A stretch of 64,000 nt of DNA from Eledone cirrhosa (taxonomy: Eukaryota): assembly GCA_964016885.1 (NCBI GenBank), contig OZ024741.1:22196001-22260000 (forward strand), written 5' to 3'. Position numbers and translations under genes: made by a program. The notes beneath the pieces are model-generated. The model had not been told where the DNA came from and ran no database searches. It saw nothing but the letters and a program-made list of their open reading frames with translations. Positions 36,990 to 48,205 of this stretch are shown piece after piece. How positions within the stretch are numbered: position 1 is the stretch's first letter; each line of letters opens with the position of its first letter.

Positions 36990-37085
36990 AATAGGGTCCC
37001 ACGTGCTGGCCTCCCCACCGCCGCAGCGGTCAGAATGGAGAAGGCGTTTCCCTGGACGATGGTAAGGGAAATGCCATTCCAACTC
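36990..37085 (-). mobile_element. CRE-like extreme C-terminal relic
   Basis: Minus frame ISLTIVQGNAFSILTAA. Confidence 0.55.
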
Positions 37086-37359
37086 GCAGGGCTCACACCT
37101 TCGGCTGGCCAGCTCAGCACCTATGGTGGTGAGTAGGGAGGTAGCCCTAGGGCCGTCAGCTTATTAGAATTGCTTTTAACTACATGTATATTCTAGTCCG
37201 GTTGACCTACTTCACTGTAGTGGTAGTGGTGTGAGCGGGTCAGTTAGCTGGTCAACTACATTTCCCTGTTGTGTTGTTATTCAGGTTGTTGAGGAAGAAT
37301 TTATGTAGGTAAACTGGTATGGGTTCCTCGGGTGGGTTCAGTGCTTCTCCATATCGCCT

Positions 37360-37393
37360 ATCGCTTCTCGGCCTTTTGGCTAAGATCAAAGTG
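37360..37393 (+). pseudogene. U2: U2 snRNA 5' fragment (nt ~1-34)
   Basis: atcgcttctcggccttttggctaagatcaaagtg is the canonical U2 5' end with stem-loop I; similarity stops at the branch-point recognition sequence. Confidence 0.9.
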
Positions 37394-37559
37394 CACTAGG
37401 TCTTATAGTGGGAGATGCTATAAATGTGTGTTAAAACAAATACGTGTTAAAATCTAGAAGTGTATATATCGATCGACTTTCGTCAAATCGGACCGAGGAA
37501 ACAATGTTTTCGTCGGTCTTTCCAGTTGCTAGTACTATCTATCGGTCGCAACTCCAGGT

Positions 37560-37682
37560 AGAAGGAGCAACGTGGAATAAAGTGTCTTGCTCAAGGACAT
37601 AACGTATCACCCGGTCCAGGAATCGAACTCACAACCTCAAGATTGTGAATTCACTTCTCTAACCACTCAGCCACACGCCTTC
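37560..37682 (-). mobile_element. CORE-type tRNA SINE 5' part
   Basis: aagtgtcttgctcaagga core, ggaatcgaactc B-box complement, ctaaccactcagcca A-box complement. Confidence 0.8.
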
Positions 37683-37773
37683 TAGCCGGGTCTGGGATGC
37701 ATGGTTAGTTTCCGGATGTTTTTTGCAGCGCCTGCTCGCCGGGGTGTTAAAGCTTGGTGTAAGGAGACCCGGT

Positions 37774-38060
37774 TTACGGTTTCCACTCCTCGTCCTTATT
37801 CCATCTGGAGTAGGATATTTTTAAGCGGTGTGTACAGCTTATCGTCGTTTCAGCTCTGCTGTTGATGAGCTCGTGGGGTGCTGTAATAATATGGTAGAGC
37901 TCCATGAGGCAAAGCTCGCACTTCCTCTTGAAGTTGTACGGTGCAGCTCTGCCGACAATTTCGGAGGCCACACTCCGACAATAGGGGGGATGGAACCATA
38001 GGACGTTACGGTGGCGATTACGTGTCTTAGTACGTTTGCTACGGGTTGTGCTATCAGAGT
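37774..38060 (-). mobile_element. Penelope-like element C-terminal relic (different clade, internally deleted)
   Basis: RNVLWFHPPY joined to APYN..KCELCLME...INSRAE...CTH. Confidence 0.7.
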
Positions 38061-38404
38061 GACCGTTACGTGTGCCTTTCGCTTTATGCTCGGGTGCACT
38101 CATCTTCCTTCTGCTACGTTTATGTATAGGAAGATGTTGGTTGGAAGGCGTTGGTAGTAGGCCGTCGCCTTTGTTGATCTTATAGTAGGGGAATAATTCA
38201 AGTAGGCTGCAGTGGTCACTGTCACCGGAGTCGTGATCTTTATTGTGTGGTAAGCTACCTATACTATCGCTATTGTAATTAACAATATGGCCGTGTTCCC
38301 TAGTGCGATTTTCTATACTATTACATCCGACTCTTTCAAAGCCGTGAGCTTATCTCTAAAAACCCATTCCGGGTCATGTAAGGAACGCTTTTTAGTTGTT
38401 TATG

Positions 38405-38440
38405 CCCTTGAGAAGCCCATTCGGGCGAAACGTACGTATG
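38405..38440 (+). ncRNA. Variant or degenerate hammerhead-like motif
   Basis: cTTGAGAA GCCC attc GGGC GAAA cgtacgta then AATAAA; core deviates from CTGANGA. Confidence 0.45.
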
Positions 38441-38835
38441 TGCTGTTTTAAATAAACATGTTTTAACGGTTTGTTCTCCTTTATTTACTTCTCCACGTGT
38501 ATATATATATATATATGTATTCGAAGGCTTGCCACAATTTTGGCAGGGCTTTTTTCTGGCTAGGTGCCCTTCCTATTACCAACCATTTTACCTATGTGAG
38601 CACATGCGTAAGCATGAGTTTGTGCGCGTGTGTGTGTTATTATAGGTCCGTACGAATCTAAGAAGAAATGTGTGTGTATATGTGAGTAAAAGAGTGTGTG
38701 TGCATGTAAGTACGAAGCTATGAGCAAAAGTATGTTAATATAAGGGTGTGTATCGGCATGTATTAGTAGTAAGAGAAGCTGCTAATGATCAAGAGAAAGC
38801 GATAGGAATCTAGGAGAGTAATAATGGACGGGGTA

Positions 38836-39400
38836 TTAGAGAAATTGGGGAGGTGAGTTGAGTCCAAGAGGGGAATAGGATCCAAGACGGTGAATCAGAC
38901 TTTGTTCAGTCCTGGTGCGCGAGGCCTGTGATCCATGATGTAAAAGGACACCCAGGACTGAAACATGTAGGGAAGAATGACCAGGAGAACAGAAATGATG
39001 AGCGACAGGAGTATCCAAACAGAGTCGTATGTCCCACAAATGTTCGGCAAAACGGTCCGCCACACGGTGTCCCGTTTGTCCGATATATAAAGACCCGCAA
39101 AGGGAACACCGGAGGGTATAAATAACGTGGGTGGATGTGCAGGTGAAGGAATGGCGGATACGGAAAGACCCGTTTATGCCTGTAAGAGTGATGAGGGTGG
39201 AAATAAAGAGACAAGTGTTGCAGCGGGAACGGGAACAAGGATGAGAGCTGGGTGGAGTCGTGGGAGAGGACGAGAAGGAACTGCGAACCAGGAGGTCGCG
39301 GAGGTTTCTGGCGCACTTAAAAGCAGTAATGGATGGGTTTGGAAAAAAGCGAGAAGTGACGGGGTCAGAAGAGAGGATACGGAAGGAACGGAGGATATGT
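38836..39400 (-). mobile_element. Penelope-like GIY-YIG endonuclease fragment
   Basis: CGSLYIGQTGHRVADRFAEHL...PVAHHF...EQSLIHRLGSYSPLGLN. Confidence 0.85.
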
Positions 39401-39413
39401 CACCATTATTTTT

Positions 39414-39588
39414 GGCAGTATTGGTAGAGTGTCGGATGCCATGCTTTGGCGCATAGAGTTACGGCCCTTGCCATTCTGAGTTCAAATCCCGCCGAGGTTA
39501 ACTTTGCTTTTCATCCTTACGGGGTCGATAAAATAAAGTACCAGTAATACACTGGGTAATTGCTGGCCTTGTGCCTAACGTAGAAACA
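39414..39588 (+). mobile_element. SINE family A
   Basis: gagttcaaatccc B box; TSD attattttt. Confidence 0.9.
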
Positions 39589-39663
39589 ATTATTTTTATC
39601 TAAAGACATTTTTTTCCAATTCCATCCCGCCCGTCCCCTCAATCTATTTTATTTCTCATTCTT

Positions 39664-39699
39664 TCTTCTGATGAAGGACTAGCGTCCGAAACGTTAAGA
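39664..39699 (+). ncRNA. Minimal type I hammerhead ribozyme motif
   Basis: tctt CTGATGA A GGAC tagc GTCC GAAA CGTT aaga; stem I 4 bp, palindromic stem III aacgtt. Confidence 0.78.
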
Positions 39700-39775
39700 C
39701 CCTCTTCCTGCTATATCAAGCGTTAACCTAATATATACCTTTATACGAATTGTGTTGTTATTTCTGTTTACCTTT

Positions 39776-39778
<3 letters not shown>

Positions 39779-39842
<64 letters not shown>

Positions 39843-39861
39843 TCATCATCATCATCATCAT
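39779..39861. repeat. (TA)n followed by (CAT)n (RTE tail)
   Basis: Direct reading. Confidence 0.95.
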
Positions 39862-41484
39862 TGTTTAACGTCTATCTTCCACGCTAGCATGGGTTTAGAC
39901 GGAAATTATCCCACTTGAGGCAAGATTGGTCGTCTCGCTCGTATAGGACTGTCTGGCAGGTTTTCTACGGCTGGATGCCCTTCCTAGCACCAACCACGTT
40001 TACAATGTGGACTGGGAGGTTTTTACCGTGTTACCTACATGGCCACATTATAGCATGGACTGTGTGTTTTTTTGTCGTGACACCTACACGACCTCATTTA
40101 TTTAGGACTGGGTGCTGTGGTACCAACATAACATTACAGAGAAAGGGATGGTGTTGATGGGGGTGGGGTGGGGGAGTTGGGGGAGTGGGATGGGGGTGTA
40201 TATTTGATTAAGATGTGCCTACTGACTGTAGGTTTCTTCTGTATTACTGTGTAGCGCCAAAGAACTCGGTCTACTGACATTGTCTTAGAGAGGTGTAAGT
40301 GTGTAAGGTCGGAATTTATCAAATCGTCCCAGGTTTTTCTGGGTCTGCCTACTCCGTAACTTCCATCAATTTTGATCGCCCTGCACTTTTTTATACAGCT
40401 GTCATCTTTCATGCGCATCACGTGGCCATACCAACGTAGTCTTCTCTCGAGTAAATAGCATCTGATCCCTCTTATTCCTAATTTCTCACTTAGTTCATTT
40501 ATGCTTTGCTGTTCACGTATATTACTATTACACATCCAACAGAGCATGCATGCTTCGTTCCTCTCCAGTCTGCGCAGATCCTCTGAACACAATACCCATG
40601 TCTCACTGCCATGTAACATCGCTGTTCATATACAGGCATCATACAATCTGCCTTTCATTTTTAGAGAGAAACCTTTAGCGGCCAATAGTGGTATAAGGTC
40701 TCTGAACTTTTTCCATCCGGTTCTGACTCTGGCTACTGTACTTTCAGAATACCCTCCACCACTGCTGATTTTGTCACCCAGGTAACGGAAGGTGTCTACT
40801 ATTTCTATAGAGCCATCTGGGCAATAGAAGGAGCTAGTATCCTGTGGGCACTTGCTACTTATTGCACCTGAGCACCGGCCACATATAAAATCTACATTCT
40901 TAGATAGCTTACCTGTGATCCCACTACATCTTTTATGCACCCATACTTTGCATTTGGGACATAAAATGGAATTTCTGCCTACTCCTTTCCTACACACTGA
41001 GCATGGCCATTTCCCAGAGGGGACCTGTGCCCTATTTTCCTTCCTACATACTAGACAAGTTAACTTTAAGGTCTTTTGATTCTAGGCCATGCTTCCATGT
41101 TTGGAATTTCTTCTCTAGTTCAGCCACTGATTCAGCTATGAGCGTTAGATCATCTGCATATAGAAGTTCCTATGGGCAGCCGGTCTTGAACTCCTCTGTT
41201 ATAGCCTGAAGGGCAATAATAAATAGGAGCAGGCTAAGGACGGAGTCCTGATGAAAACCAACTTTTACGCTAAACTTCACTATATTCGTTGTTAATTCTA
41301 GCCTTGCTGACTGTTTCTTTATACATAGCTTGTATAGCTCTCACAAGCCATTCATCAACCCCTAGTCTTCTAAGGGCTCACCAGATAATGGCGCGGGGGA
41401 CTCTGTCAAAGGCTTTTTCCTAGTCGACAAAAGCTACGTATAGGGGTTTACTTTTAGCTAGGTACTTCTGCTGTAGTTGTCGTA
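39841..41484 (-). mobile_element. RTE LINE (PHD-bearing family), copy 2, 5'-truncated, frameshifted
   Basis: ORF pieces 40134-40619 and 40626-40997 are near-identical in protein to 684..2549; (ATG)n tail. Confidence 0.92.
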
Positions 41485-41504
41485 ATATATGCACATATAT
41501 ATAT

Positions 41505-41853
41505 ATAGGAAAAGAGTCAGGACCCCGACAGCTGAGCTCCGGCCATTTCGACAGCTATCTCTGAACTAACACAGTATTGTTAGCACAGCAGTAGTCTGGC
41601 TGAACTTATCAAGGGGTAATTCCATATATGGGCATGCACTCGTGTCAAGGAGTTCTGAAAGTTGTTGTTATCAGGGGAGTGGTCAAAGTTTTTGTAAGCA
41701 CAGTTAGGCAAGTTCAGCCACCCCCACCCCCTGCCATGAAGGTATCTAACTGTGCTTACAAAAACTTTGACCACTCCCCTGATAACAACAAGTTCAGAGA
41801 TAGCTGTCGAAATGGCCGGAGCTCAGCCGTCGGGGTCCTGACTCTTTTCCTAT
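41505..41853. mobile_element. Palindromic MITE/foldback-like element
   Basis: 63-bp outer inverted repeat and 46-bp inner inverted repeat; partial copy at 43934-44005. Confidence 0.7.
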
Positions 41854-42042
41854 TACCCACTCTACTACCCTAAGTATAGAGTTCTCTGGTGCGTTATGGT
41901 CCACCTGGTTCCTTACCACACTTCCTTCATTTTATATATATTTATATATATATAAGTTTATCTTGGGTTCAATCAGGGGTAACCACAGTAAGTAAGGTAC
42001 TCAATACAAAGCAGAGTATATATATTTAATATATATATATAT

Positions 42043-42215
42043 CATCATCATCATCATCATTTCATTTTACGTCCACTTTTCCCTGCTTGCAAGGGTGGGA
42101 CGGGAACTGATTCTGGCTTGATTTCTACAGCTGGATGCCCTTCCTAACACCAACCTCATTTACAGTGAGTGCTGGGTGCTTTTTTGCCGTGGCACCTCCA
42201 CGACCACTTTGCAGT
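42043..42215 (-). mobile_element. RTE 3' UTR-like short fragment with (CAT)n tail
   Basis: tttctacagctggatgcccttcctaacaccaacc shared with the RTE 3' UTR. Confidence 0.7.
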
Positions 42216-42217
42216 GG

Positions 42218-42387
42218 AATGATAGGGATCCCAGTCCCTATAATCTCATTTCTACAGTTGAGTGAACTGGAGCAACGTGAAATAAAGTGTCTTGCTCAAG
42301 GAAACAACACATCACCCGGTCTGAGAATTGAACTCACAACCTTTCGATTGCAAGGCCAATGCTCTAACCACTAAGCCATGTGCCTCT
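42218..42387 (-). mobile_element. SINE family B, 3'-truncated
   Basis: Reverse complement of the head and core of 44401-44570. Confidence 0.85.
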
Positions 42388-42610
42388 ATATATATATATT
42401 TGTATTGGTGCTCCTACATATTGGTATACATGTAAATCTATATATTGAATAATATATGGGATGTTTAAGAAAAACATTTGAAGGCCTTTAGTGTGTTGAT
42501 GGGTTGGAATAAGAGCTGGGGAGGGTGTTGAAAAAATCTGAAATATTAATAAGATGGTGGTGGGGATGAATAGAGTAGATTAAAACTAATAGATTATATA
42601 TATTCTTTCG

Positions 42611-42952
42611 TGAAGGTGTATGGCTTAGTGGGTAGAGTGTCGGGCTTACAATGACGAGGTTGTGAGCTCCATTTTTGGACCGGGCTTTGCGTTGTGTTCT
42701 TGAGCAAGACAGGTTTATTTCATATTGCTTCAGTTCACTCAGCTGTAGAAATGAGTCGCGATGTTACTGGTGCCAAGCTGTATCAGCCACTGCCTATCCC
42801 TTGGATAACATCGGTGGCATGGAGAGGGGAGACTGGTATGTGTGGATGACAGCTGGTCTTCCACAAACAAACCTTGCCTCGGAGGGGAACATTCTAGGTG
42901 CAAATACCATGGTCATTCGTGACCGAAGTGGGCATCTTTACCCTTTACCCTA
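42611..42952 (+). mobile_element. CORE-type tRNA SINE (longer variant)
   Basis: tggcttagtggg A box, ttgagcaagac core, ctttaccctttaccct tail. Confidence 0.8.
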
Positions 42953-42985
42953 TATATTCTATTAAAATTAAAAGATTATATATAA

Positions 42986-43156
42986 CCAGTCCACACTGTA
43001 AATGTGGTTGGCGTTAGAAAGGACATCCAGCTGGAGAAACCAAGCCAAAAATGCCCTGGGTGAGTGAAACATGGTCCTGACCTGATTCTCTCCCAAAGGG
43101 TCAACCCATCCTACCCATGCTAGCATGGAAAATGGACGTTAAACAATGATGATGAT
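42986..43156 (+). mobile_element. RTE 3' UTR-like fragment
   Basis: cccatgctagcatggaaaatggacgttaaacaatgatgatgat terminus. Confidence 0.7.
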
Positions 43157-43209
43157 ATCAGCAGTAATACATTATATATATACAATCAGAATTAACAGAT
43201 TATATATAT

Positions 43210-43395
43210 AAGGTGGCGACTTGGGAGAGTCATTAGAACGTCGGTAGAATGCTTTATGGTATTCGTTCTGGTTATCTGCTCTTTGAGTTCAAATCCTGCT
43301 GAGGTCAACTTTGCTTTTCATTCTTTCGAAGTTGATAAAAAATAGTACCAGTCAAGTACTGGGGTCGATTCTTCCTCTCTCTGGAAGAAATCTGC
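43210..43395 (+). mobile_element. tRNA-derived SINE
   Basis: gagttcaaatcc B box, gaggtcaactttgc, gtaccagtcaagtactggggtcgat. Confidence 0.75.
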
Positions 43396-44007
43396 TGTAC
43401 TCAGGGACTCTGCCAGGCTGAAGATGCCCAACTATGTCAATACGGTGCTCCGACGACTCTATCAGGAGTTACGGGATTATACATACATTCGACACAATTT
43501 TACATCAGTCAAGTATTTATTTAGAAAATTTGCAATATTTGATTTTTTTTTGTCTTACTTTTAACTGAAAAATGTTCCATGATTTTCTCATCTAAATTTT
43601 AGAATATTTTTTAGAATATTGTTGACATATTGTAGTGTTTGTGTGACAGATGGACAAAAGTATCTGTATAAATACTATCATATAGATTTACCAGTAAAGA
43701 ACCAAATCTTGATTCTAATTTGACACGATACAAAATAAATATGTACACATATGTACACAAATACACTTAAGCCAAAACATCTGTTAAGATTAAGTATCAA
43801 TATATTTCTATTTACATTTATTTTCAATAAATTGAAAACATGTTTCATTTACTAAATAACTTTTCCATAACATTTTAAAATTATAATGATTTTAAAAAAT
43901 AAACAAACTTGTTGACCAGAAGTTTCAATATAATCTAACTGTGCTTACAAAAACTTTGACCACTCCACTGATAACAACAAGTTCAGAGATAGCTGTCGAA
44001 ATGGCTC

Positions 44008-44390
44008 TCTGATCTCCAAGCTACACACTCTATCAAGTTACGTTACTCCAAAGACCCTTCGGTGGAACCCCATTTTGGCCACTTGTATTGACGATCATAC
44101 TCTTTCAGTCATTACCCAGGATTCATTACTTTAGATAAGGGTTGGCACAAACACTGAATTGAAGATAGTGAGTTTGGCTTTTACACCTACCTCCCTCCTG
44201 ATTACTGTAGCTGACACATTACTGCACCAACTCCTGCCATTCTTCACTTAATTCACCCTCCTGCCTTCCATCATTTGTGAACAAGGCCCCAAGCTACTTA
44301 AACTTCTTCTTCTACTTCAGAATAACTCCACTCATATACTTTCTTCAGAGGACAAGTGTCCAAGTCTTTACTGAGTTTTATTCTTGCTAT
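44008..44390 (-). mobile_element. RTE fragment paralogous to the satellite-bearing LINE
   Basis: Aligns by eye with 32878-33120 and 33840-33900. Confidence 0.8.
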
Positions 44391-44400
44391 ACAGCTCTTG

Positions 44401-44651
44401 TGAAGGCGCATGGCTTAGTGGTTAGAGCATTGACCTTGCAATCGAAAGGTTGTGAGTTCAATTCTCGGACCAGGTGATGTTTTGTTTCCTTGAGCAAGAC
44501 ACTTTATTTTACATTGCTCCAGTTTACTCAGCTGTAGAAATGAGATGATAGGACTAGGGTCCCTATCATTAAAACACCCAAGAAACCTCCAACGAGATAT
44601 ACCTTGGAGGAGGCCAGCTAAACCTGTATTTGAGCTGTCACACACACACAC
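44401..44651 (+). mobile_element. SINE family B, full length
   Basis: A/B boxes, CORE motif, (CA)n tail, 12-bp TSD atacagctcttg. Confidence 0.9.
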
Positions 44652-44764
44652 ATACAGCTCTTGGCAGTAAATCTAACCATGTGTGTTATACAGCCCTGAA
44701 GCACCTAAGTGTATGTACATCTGCTACATAAGCTTCAGTACATCTTGATAACAAGAAAGTTATA

Positions 44765-44981
44765 CAATGGAACCTCTGTTCATGAAAACCTCTCATCACA
44801 AACAAATCAATTCACGAACAATTTTTCTAAATATAAAACGTTGCGGTTCACAAACAGTGTCTTGAGTAATGAATACACAAGCTGGAAACAACAGTTGGTG
44901 ACAAGCTTGAAGTATTAGGAGGAAAGTGTTGCTTGCTGTTTGTTAGTTACTATGGTGGTGATATCCATCTGTCTTTCACAC

Positions 44982-45041
<60 letters not shown>

Positions 45042-45150
45042 TATTTCCCGCTCAACATTTCACATGGGAAAAATAGTTTTGGTTTACAAACATTTCAGGT
45101 GACACACAACCTTCAGGAACGAATTAAGTTTTTGAACCAAAGTTCCACTG
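44765..45150. mobile_element. pogo/Tigger-like MITE with internal (CT)n
   Basis: Imperfect TIR caatggaacctctgttca / tgaaccaaagttccactg, TA on both sides. Confidence 0.75.
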
Positions 45151-45232
45151 TAATACTAAACCCCTCTAAATTCTAGATTATTTTCAAAATTGTTTGAAAA
45201 TCATAGTCAGTATCTTTGACTCTTTAGCATTT

Positions 45233-46290
45233 AATAATAATGAAATTATTGTGTAAAGTGCTCAGGTGCACTACAACTCGTCAAAGGTGCATGTATAGTA
45301 CATAGAATAATACACAAATGTCAGGGAAGTGAATAGTGTATGAGTCATGGTATACATGTGTGTATGTGTATGGAGGGGGAATATCAGGTGTAGTGTTGGC
45401 GAATATCGGGAAGCATGGAGGTTTTAAAGGATGCAGTGTCTCAACAGCTAACAACTGAAGCAGGGAGTTTGTTCCATGGAGGTTTTAAAGGATGCAGTGT
45501 CTCGACAGCTAACAACTGATGCAGGTAGTTTGTTCCATGGAGGTTTAAAAGGATGCAGTGTCTCGACAGCTAACAACTGAAGCAGGGAGTTTGTTCCATG
45601 GAGGTTTAAAAGGATGCAGTGTCTCGACAGCTAACAACTGATGCAGGTAGTTTGTTCCATGGAGGTTTAAAAGGATGCAGTGTCTCGACAGCTAACAACT
45701 GATGCAGGTAGTTTGTTCCATGGAGGTTTTAAAGGATGCAGTGTCTCAACAGCTAACAACTGAAGCAGGGAGTTTGTTCCATGGAGGTTTTAAAGGATGC
45801 AGTGTCTCGACAGCTAACAACTGATGCAGGTAGTTTGTTCCATGGAGGTTTAAAAGGATGCAGTGTCTCGACAGCTAACAACTGATGCAGGTAGTTTGTT
45901 CCATGGAGGTTTTAAAGGATGCAGTGTCTCGACAGCTAACAACTGATGCAGGTAGTTTGTTCCATGCTTCAGCAACTCTGAGCGTGAAAAAATGTTTCCG
46001 AAAGTCATGGGAACTGTACTGTTTTCTGACTTTGTGGGCATGCCCACGTGTGTTAGACACATGGAAATCAAAAAGGTACTGAGGGTTGTTGTTGGCAAGA
46101 TGGTTTACAATTTTGTGGGTGTTTACCAAGTCAGTTGCCAGGCGTCGGAGCTTCAATGTATCCATGCCCAGGGAAGCAAGGCGTTCAGAGTATGGTAGAT
46201 GCCTGATGGAGGGTATTCGCTTGGTTGCACGTCTCTGAACAGTTTCCAGGCGGTCAATGTTCTGAGCAAGATAGGGGTTCCAGACTGGCT
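45233..46290 (-). mobile_element. CR1-like LINE 3' end with 61-bp tandem amplification
   Basis: LETVQRRATKRIP...MDTLKLRRLATDL...RVAEAWNKLP. Confidence 0.9.
45414..45962. repeat. 61-bp minisatellite, 9 copies
   Basis: catggagg every 61 bp from 45414 to 45902. Confidence 0.95.
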
Positions 46291-46698
46291 GTATCTGGTC
46301 AGAATTCTCTCACCTCTTTCTGTTCAAACTGGCTGTAACCGGCCACTCATACTGATGTCATTTATTTTGTTCTCAAAATAAATAACATCAAAATCTCATA
46401 GATTTGATATTATATGACATAAATATGTGAGGTAAAGCCTTTACTATGAAAATATAATAGTAAATATAGAGTAATGTAAATGCTATGGTAATGAAAAAGC
46501 AATGGAAATAAATTACATTGTAAGGAAAATAATACACATTAATTTTTTGCAGAGTAATTCAACCCGACTTCTCAGCTTAAACTATTCAGCTTAACTACAT
46601 ATATCTAAATGTGACCACAAAAGAAACCAGTTTGGGGCAAGACTGGAAATAGGTTACTGCCATGGTTGTACTGTTTCAGTCTATAGAGCAACAGGCAT

Positions 46699-46957
46699 TT
46701 GTGTATGTGTGTGTGTATGTGTGTATGTGTATATGTGTGTATGTCTGTGTGTATGTGTGTATGCGTGTATGTGTCTGTGTGTGTATGTGTAGGTGTGTGT
46801 GAGTGTGTGTGTGTGTGTGTGTCTGTGTGTGTATGTGTCTGTGTATATATGTGTAGGTATGTGAGGGTATGTCTGTGTATGTATGTGTGTGTGTATGTGT
46901 CTGTGTGTGTGTGTGTATATGTCTGTGTGTGTGTGTCTGTATGTGTCTGTGTGTGTA
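46699..46957. repeat. Compound (GT)n/(GTAT)n microsatellite
   Basis: Direct reading. Confidence 0.95.
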
Positions 46958-47217
46958 TTTATCAGTGTATATGAATCAGTGATATGAAACCTGAGACAGT
47001 AGCTTTAGTATTACACCGCACAGGTAATATTGTGGCACTAGAGGCAGGCCTGCTGTTAATAAGCTCAGGTGAGATGTAAAATATAGGCCACACAGGCAGG
47101 CCCATGCTAAACTGGTCACTAACTATTGTAGTTATTGGTATAAGTCAGACATGAACTGTAGGGTCCTCTTTTAAAAAGTTAGTAATATGACCAAGTTAGT
47201 TATGAAATGTAGGCCAA

Positions 47218-47378
47218 ACCATCACCACCACCATCACCACCACCATCATTACCATGACCCCCACCACCACCACCATCATCACCATCACCAACATCACCCC
47301 CACCACCACCATCACCATCACAATCGCCACTGTCATCACTAGCACTGTCATCATTACAACCACTACCACCACCACCTT
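47218..47378. repeat. (CAC/CAT)n low-complexity tract
   Basis: Direct reading. Confidence 0.9.
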
Positions 47379-47560
47379 CTCATAGGTGAGATAGCCGATA
47401 GCATAGGAGAAAAGATGAATGAACACTGGCGAGATGGGACTAGAGGGCAGACTAGAGGACATAGAAATAAATATCATATCCATACAGAGAAGAGATGCTC
47501 CGACAGATTAAAGAGGGGAGTAGCAACAACATCAGAACTAGTAACTAAGGACAAGATAAT

Positions 47561-47746
47561 TGTTTCTACGTTAGGCACAAGGCCAGCATTTATCCAGTGC
47601 ATTACTGGTACTTTATTTTATCGACCCCGTAAGGATGAAAGGCAAAGTCAACCTCGGCGGGATTTGAACTCAGATCGTAAAGGGACGTAACTATGCTGGA
47701 AAGCATGGCGTCCGACCCTCTACCGATACTGCCAATCCACCGCCCT
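47561..47746 (-). mobile_element. SINE family A, full length
   Basis: Near-identical to 4887-5067; TSD acaagataat. Confidence 0.9.
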
Positions 47747-48205
47747 CACAAGATAATGGCATACAGAGACATAAGAACCAAACTAATAAAACAAACCAGA
47801 CACACACAGATACACACACACACACCACACAGGCACACACACACATCACACAGATACACACATACACACACACACCTGGATATAACACATGCACAGACCA
47901 AAGACAGCACACAGCCCACAGCTCAAAAACAATATGGTGTAGGACAGAACAAAAAGGAAAGACACAAAATAACAAATTAGTCACTGAGAAAGTCACAGAA
48001 TGTGTGACGAATGAGATTGACAATAAACAAATAAACATCCATCTGGTTATTAAACTAACTGACTGGATGTTTATAATAAATCAAAGTGGAAAGCAACAGG
48101 TTGATTGGCAGCTTAACATGTACAGTGCCCACTAAGTAAAATGGTTGATGTTAAGAAGGCCATCTACACATTAGAAATCTTACCAAAAAGGTTGAGAAAA
48201 GGATA

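Noticed and set aside
43415-43460. Possible hammerhead (ctgaaga tgccc)
   Set aside because: No closing stem II or GAAA
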